Virus record (IMG/VR): IMGVR_UViG_3300001528_000534
Coordinates: 75,692-139,691 of that record
Source: a virus
Lineage: Duplodnaviria > Caudoviricetes
DNA: 64,000 nt
Strand: one strand, 5' to 3'
Within the stretch, counting starts at the first letter, position 1, and every line of letters starts with the position of its first letter. The notes under the pieces are model-generated. The model was not told the origin of the DNA. It did no database searches and saw nothing but the letters and a program-made list of their open reading frames with translations. A program made the translations under genes and the position numbers. This document shows positions 61,115-64,000 of the stretch, one piece after another.

Positions 61115-61250
61115 AAAGCCTATTTTTTAAAATAAATGAGGTTAAGTAATTCATTAAACCCTTAGAGTTTAAATTAATAAAGTTTTAAAACGTACAACGT
61201 ATTAAATGAAATTTTAAAAAAGTTTTTATTTTATTTGCTGTATAGGCTTT
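61115..61250 (-). ncRNA. Putative Y-RNA-like hairpin, unit 2
   Basis: AAAGCCTAT-ACAGCAA...ATAGGCTTT. Confidence 0.65.
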
Positions 61251-61255
61251 TGAAC

Positions 61256-61334
61256 TAGGCTCGATATAATTAATTCTAAAATTTTCAATAATTTTCAAAT
61301 TCATTAAATATTTGATTGTTGCTGTGAGAGCCTA
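61256..61334 (-). ncRNA. Putative Y-RNA-like hairpin, unit 1
   Basis: TAGGCTC-TCACAGCAA...GAGCCTA. Confidence 0.65.
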
Positions 61335-61339
61335 AATTT

Positions 61340-61876
61340 TTAAGAAGACCAAGGGCGACCTAAATATTCAATATCTGTTATATTTCCATTGAAATCTTCT
61401 ATTGCAGTCAAAGTTCCCCAATTAATCACTTTAGATGGAAGGTAACTTGTATCAACTATAAATTCTAAAATATTAATTGCTGAACTTTTTGTTATGAAAT
61501 TGTAACAATCTTTTCCATACGAATTTGGGGTATCTGCAGGTGCTTTACAATCTCCTAACATTACTCTAAAAATAATTCCATTATCAAGAGTAATTTCATA
61601 CGCTGAACCAATTTCTGTTCCGTATCGTGCGGCAAGAGCTACAAGATAATATTTTTGACCTTGTGAATCAAGACAATAGCGAATACCATTTTCATCAGTA
61701 GAAACATATCCACTATTTTGTAACTTCCATTGGTCGCTGTTCTTATCTGTAATCATTTTCCAGTCCATATACAAATGAACATTTGTTTGACTTTGCGGTA
61801 GTTCATATGCTGTTGCAGAAATTCCGCAAGTTAACATAATCATTACAGATAATAGTATGCTAATTATTTTTTTCAT
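61340..61876 (-). CDS. Secreted protein, possibly 3D/DPBB-like cell-wall hydrolase
   Basis: Signal peptide MKKIISILLSV...ATA; VALAARYG..IG...GDCKA...EFIVD. Confidence 0.6.
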   Translation of the reverse strand: MKKIISILLSVMIMLTCGISATAYELPQSQTNVHLYMDWKMITDKNSDQWKLQNSGYVSTDENGIRYCLDSQGQKYYLVALAARYGTEIGSAYEITLDNGIIFRVMLGDCKAPADTPNSYGKDCYNFITKSSAINILEFIVDTSYLPSKVINWGTLTAIEDFNGNITDIEYLGRPWSS

Positions 61877-61925
61877 TTTTTGCTCCTATCTGTGGGAGGA
61901 AAACAAATGAATGATTTAAAGTAAC

Positions 61926-61999
61926 TGGCAGGGGAAAAAAGAATCTAACTTTTATCTACAGTTTTGGAGACTGCCATTCTGCCATTATACCATTCCCCT
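61926..61999 (-). tRNA. tRNA-Trp(CCA), atypical T-loop TTAGATT
   Basis: Cloverleaf, GCAGT-CTCCAAA-ACTGT, CCA end. Confidence 0.85.
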
Positions 62000-62004
62000 G
62001 TATT

Positions 62005-62136
62005 TTAAGTGATGTCATCTTCTGTTAAAGAAAATAAATCTTTTGTGATTTCAGGAATAGCTTCTCCTCGATTATCTACCAAAGGAATTGCCATTTCTTC
62101 GCAAAGAGCTATCATCTCTTTTTCATTAAAGAGCAT
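62005..62136 (-). CDS. Small hypothetical protein
   Basis: GAGGTG RBS, 43 aa. Confidence 0.5.
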   Translation of the reverse strand: MLFNEKEMIALCEEMAIPLVDNRGEAIPEITKDLFSLTEDDIT

Positions 62137-62167
62137 TTTAACACCTCTTATTTAAATTTTAAAATGA

Positions 62168-62243
62168 TGGTGCTTCAGGACAGAATCGAACTGCCGACGC
62201 GGAGCTCTTCAGGCTCCCGCTCTACCAACTGAGCTACCAAAGC
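62168..62243 (-). tRNA. tRNA-Phe(GAA)
   Basis: GGAGC-CTGAAGA-GCTCC, TTCGA, CCA. Confidence 0.93.
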
Positions 62244-62246
62244 AAA

Positions 62247-62331
62247 TGGTGGGGAAGATAGGACTCGAACCTATGAAGACCGAAGTCGCCGAATTTACAG
62301 TCCGGTGTAATTGCCGCTATACGACTTCCCC
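62247..62331 (-). tRNA. tRNA-Tyr(GTA)
   Basis: CTGTAAA loop, long variable arm, CCA. Confidence 0.93.
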
Positions 62332-62545
62332 ATTATAATAATATGTTTTAATCTGGAATGTCAAATTCTATATCACTAATATCTTCATGAGATAATGTGA
62401 TGTCCTCCATGTCCTGCGTGATAGATTCTATGATTTCTTTCGTAGGAACATTATCATCAAATTTAAATACATAAGTTGCAGTACATGTTACTTTAGCATA
62501 AACTTCACGCGCTGTTGCTACCTCATTCCTTTTACATAAAAGTAT

Positions 62546-62622
62546 TGGCGACTCTGATGGGAATTGAACCCATAACCTCCGCCGTGACAAGACGGCGCTC
62601 TAACCGATTGAACTACAAAGCC
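62546..62622 (-). tRNA. tRNA-Asp(GTC)
   Basis: TTGTCAC loop, TTCAA, GCCA. Confidence 0.92.
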
Positions 62623-62628
62623 TTATAA

Positions 62629-62704
62629 TGGAGCTAATAGTAAGAATCGAACTTACAGTCTGCGGATTACAAAGCCGCTGCTTTACCTATTAAGCTATAT
62701 TAGC
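62629..62704 (-). tRNA. tRNA-Thr(TGT)
   Basis: TTTGTAA loop, TTCGA, CCA. Confidence 0.9.
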
Positions 62705-63810
62705 ATTTACGGTTTTTTACTTGACCGCACAAGAAGAAGTTCTGTGTTAGCATCAAACGGAAAGACTTCTTAAAGCCACTGCTTTTTATAAAGATTATAA
62801 ATTAGGCGGTAATCATTTTTCAGATACGCTTTAAATGCGAAGACCTTTTACAACCAGTGGGAATATGTCCCCAAGCGCATGAAGCCTTGGGTAAGCTGGA
62901 AACCAACCTCACTTTTTACCATAAGCAGAAATTTTTTCTTGTTTTTCTTCTCTCCATTGAAACCCATAAGCAGAAGTTTTCTTTTTAATGCTTTTTCTTA
63001 TCATTGAACCAGATTGTTTATTTCCGTTTACTTCTAATCCTGCTTCAGAGAATGAATCAAAACTACGAACAAAATTTCCATTAAAATCGTACTGATATAC
63101 TTTTTTCTTATGCTGCGGATTATTTGCATAAGCCATTCCTCTATAATAGGAGCTTTTTTGAGAAAAATCTTTATATCCCTTGAAATTGGCTGCAATTGTT
63201 TCTCTGGAACAATTTAAAATTTCACTAATTTCTTTAGAAGATTTTCCTTCATCCCACAATTTTTGCATTTCTATTATAGAAAAATATCTATTACCTTCTC
63301 CTCCAATAGAAGAATTATACCCTATATTTTTATCTGTTGCATTATAATATTTTATCCAATAAATTTCTTTATTGTTTAACTCTTCTTTTAAACATTCTTC
63401 AATGATTTCTATGTAAAAATTTTCTTTTCCATATTTTCTAATTGCATTATGAAAATAATTATTATCTTGTTTAGATAAAGCATCTGAACAATGAGTATAA
63501 AATCTTTGTTGAATATTTACACTCTGTCCTATATAAATCTTATTATTTATTTTATTTGTAATTTTATAAATTCCACAAGACATTATATTTCTCCTTTATC
63601 GAGGAGCGAGCGATTGGACCTGACCTGTTTCTATCTTTTATATCAAAAAATTAAATAAACTTGAATATTGTAACACTTTAATATTTAAATATTTAGCGCC
63701 ACGTCTTTCAAGATAATTATTTTTTGATTTTTATTAGCATAAAATTGCGAACTTGCCTTATGCTATGGCGGCTCTTTTAATTTATATAGCGCAATGCCAT
63801 AACTGCGCTC
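62705..63810 (-). ncRNA. Candidate large structured RNA enclosing a GIY-YIG ORF
   Basis: Multiple GC-rich hairpins on both sides of the ORF; CCAATCGCTC before the ORF can pair with GAGGTTGG after it. Confidence 0.4.
62909..63583 (-). CDS. GIY-YIG homing endonuclease with HTH and NUMOD1-like domains
   Basis: CGIYKITN...YIGQS; KKVYQYDFNG...AYGFQW. Confidence 0.9.
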   Translation of the reverse strand: MSCGIYKITNKINNKIYIGQSVNIQQRFYTHCSDALSKQDNNYFHNAIRKYGKENFYIEIIEECLKEELNNKEIYWIKYYNATDKNIGYNSSIGGEGNRYFSIIEMQKLWDEGKSSKEISEILNCSRETIAANFKGYKDFSQKSSYYRGMAYANNPQHKKKVYQYDFNGNFVRSFDSFSEAGLEVNGNKQSGSMIRKSIKKKTSAYGFQWREEKQEKISAYGKK

Positions 63811-63835
63811 ATTAATTCTTTGACAGAATTAAAAA

Positions 63836-63923
63836 TGGCGGGAAGAGTAGGATTTGAACCCACGAGCCTGTTACAGCTACTGGTTTTCAGGACCAGCTTC
63901 TTAAACCTCTCGAACATCTTCCC
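63836..63923 (-). tRNA. tRNA-Ser(TGA) with C at position 33
   Basis: CTGGT-CCTGAAA-ACCAG, long variable arm, GCCA. Confidence 0.85.
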
Positions 63924-63926
63924 AAT

Positions 63927-64000
63927 TGGCTCCCCCGACTGGACTTGAACCAGTGACACCCTGATTAACAGTCAGGTGCTACTACCGACTGAGCTACGGA
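63927..64000 (-). tRNA. tRNA-Asn(GTT), 5' end cut by the window edge
   Basis: CCTGA-CTGTTAA-TCAGG, GCCA. Confidence 0.9.

Noticed and set aside
60933-61334. CRISPR array
   Set aside because: No identical direct repeats, unit lengths vary from 72 to 136 nt, and no cas genes; conservation is structural
62348-62590. 80-aa ORF as predicted (also 63777-63959)
   Set aside because: The 5' parts overlap tRNA genes; the acidic 3' part of 62348 looks coding but has no valid start after its GAGGT, so it was left uncalled
62705-63810. RNase P RNA, tmRNA or an eighth group I intron
   Set aside because: AAGGCAAGTTC and ACAGAAC resemble RNase P regions but I could not form P4; no tRNA-like ends; no P7 signature or exons
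61926-64000. Amber suppressor tRNA
   Set aside because: All seven anticodons are sense (CCA, GAA, GTA, GTC, TGT, TGA, GTT); the cluster continues beyond the window

Overview
AT-rich segment of a large tailed-phage genome, probably infecting a Bacillota/Clostridia host. It uses TAG as a sense codon: TAG=Gln (code 15) is supported by TAG at conserved Gln positions such as NrdG FWT-Q-GC and GSSN-Q, GIY-YIG YIG-Q and EYDGE-Q-H. The fragmented ORF track therefore hides long intact genes. Layout: + strand tail/structural genes (1-8850); a six-gene uncharacterised module with spore-coat-like features (8952-12526); a long - strand replication and nucleotide block (RuvC-like, dut, nrdG/nrdD, gmk, dnaE, RecD/Dda-like helicase, RecJ, primase, DnaB, Sak4-like, SSB-like, thyX, ligA, gyrA/gyrB-like); RNA-repair genes (phosphoesterases, PNK-like, RNA ligase); a + strand fibre/LRR/endolysin block; a Ro60/TROVE-like (DUF2828+VWA) gene; and a tRNA cluster. 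Seven group I introns, each with a homing endonuclease, were resolved to the nucleotide. Most notable observations: (1) four tandem Y-RNA-like hairpins (7-9 bp terminal stem, ACAGCAA motif, variable loop) directly upstream of the Ro60-like gene; (2) a strictly spaced sporulation-sigma-like promoter motif, GGNC-N8-ATAA-N18-CATAT; (3) an 8-nt stop-containing gap in a helicase Walker A that resembles a ribosomal hop; (4) a structured RNA wrapped around a GIY-YIG gene among the tRNAs; (5) holin-like and endolysin genes each gated by one TAG. All calls are from manual reading; no database searches were run.
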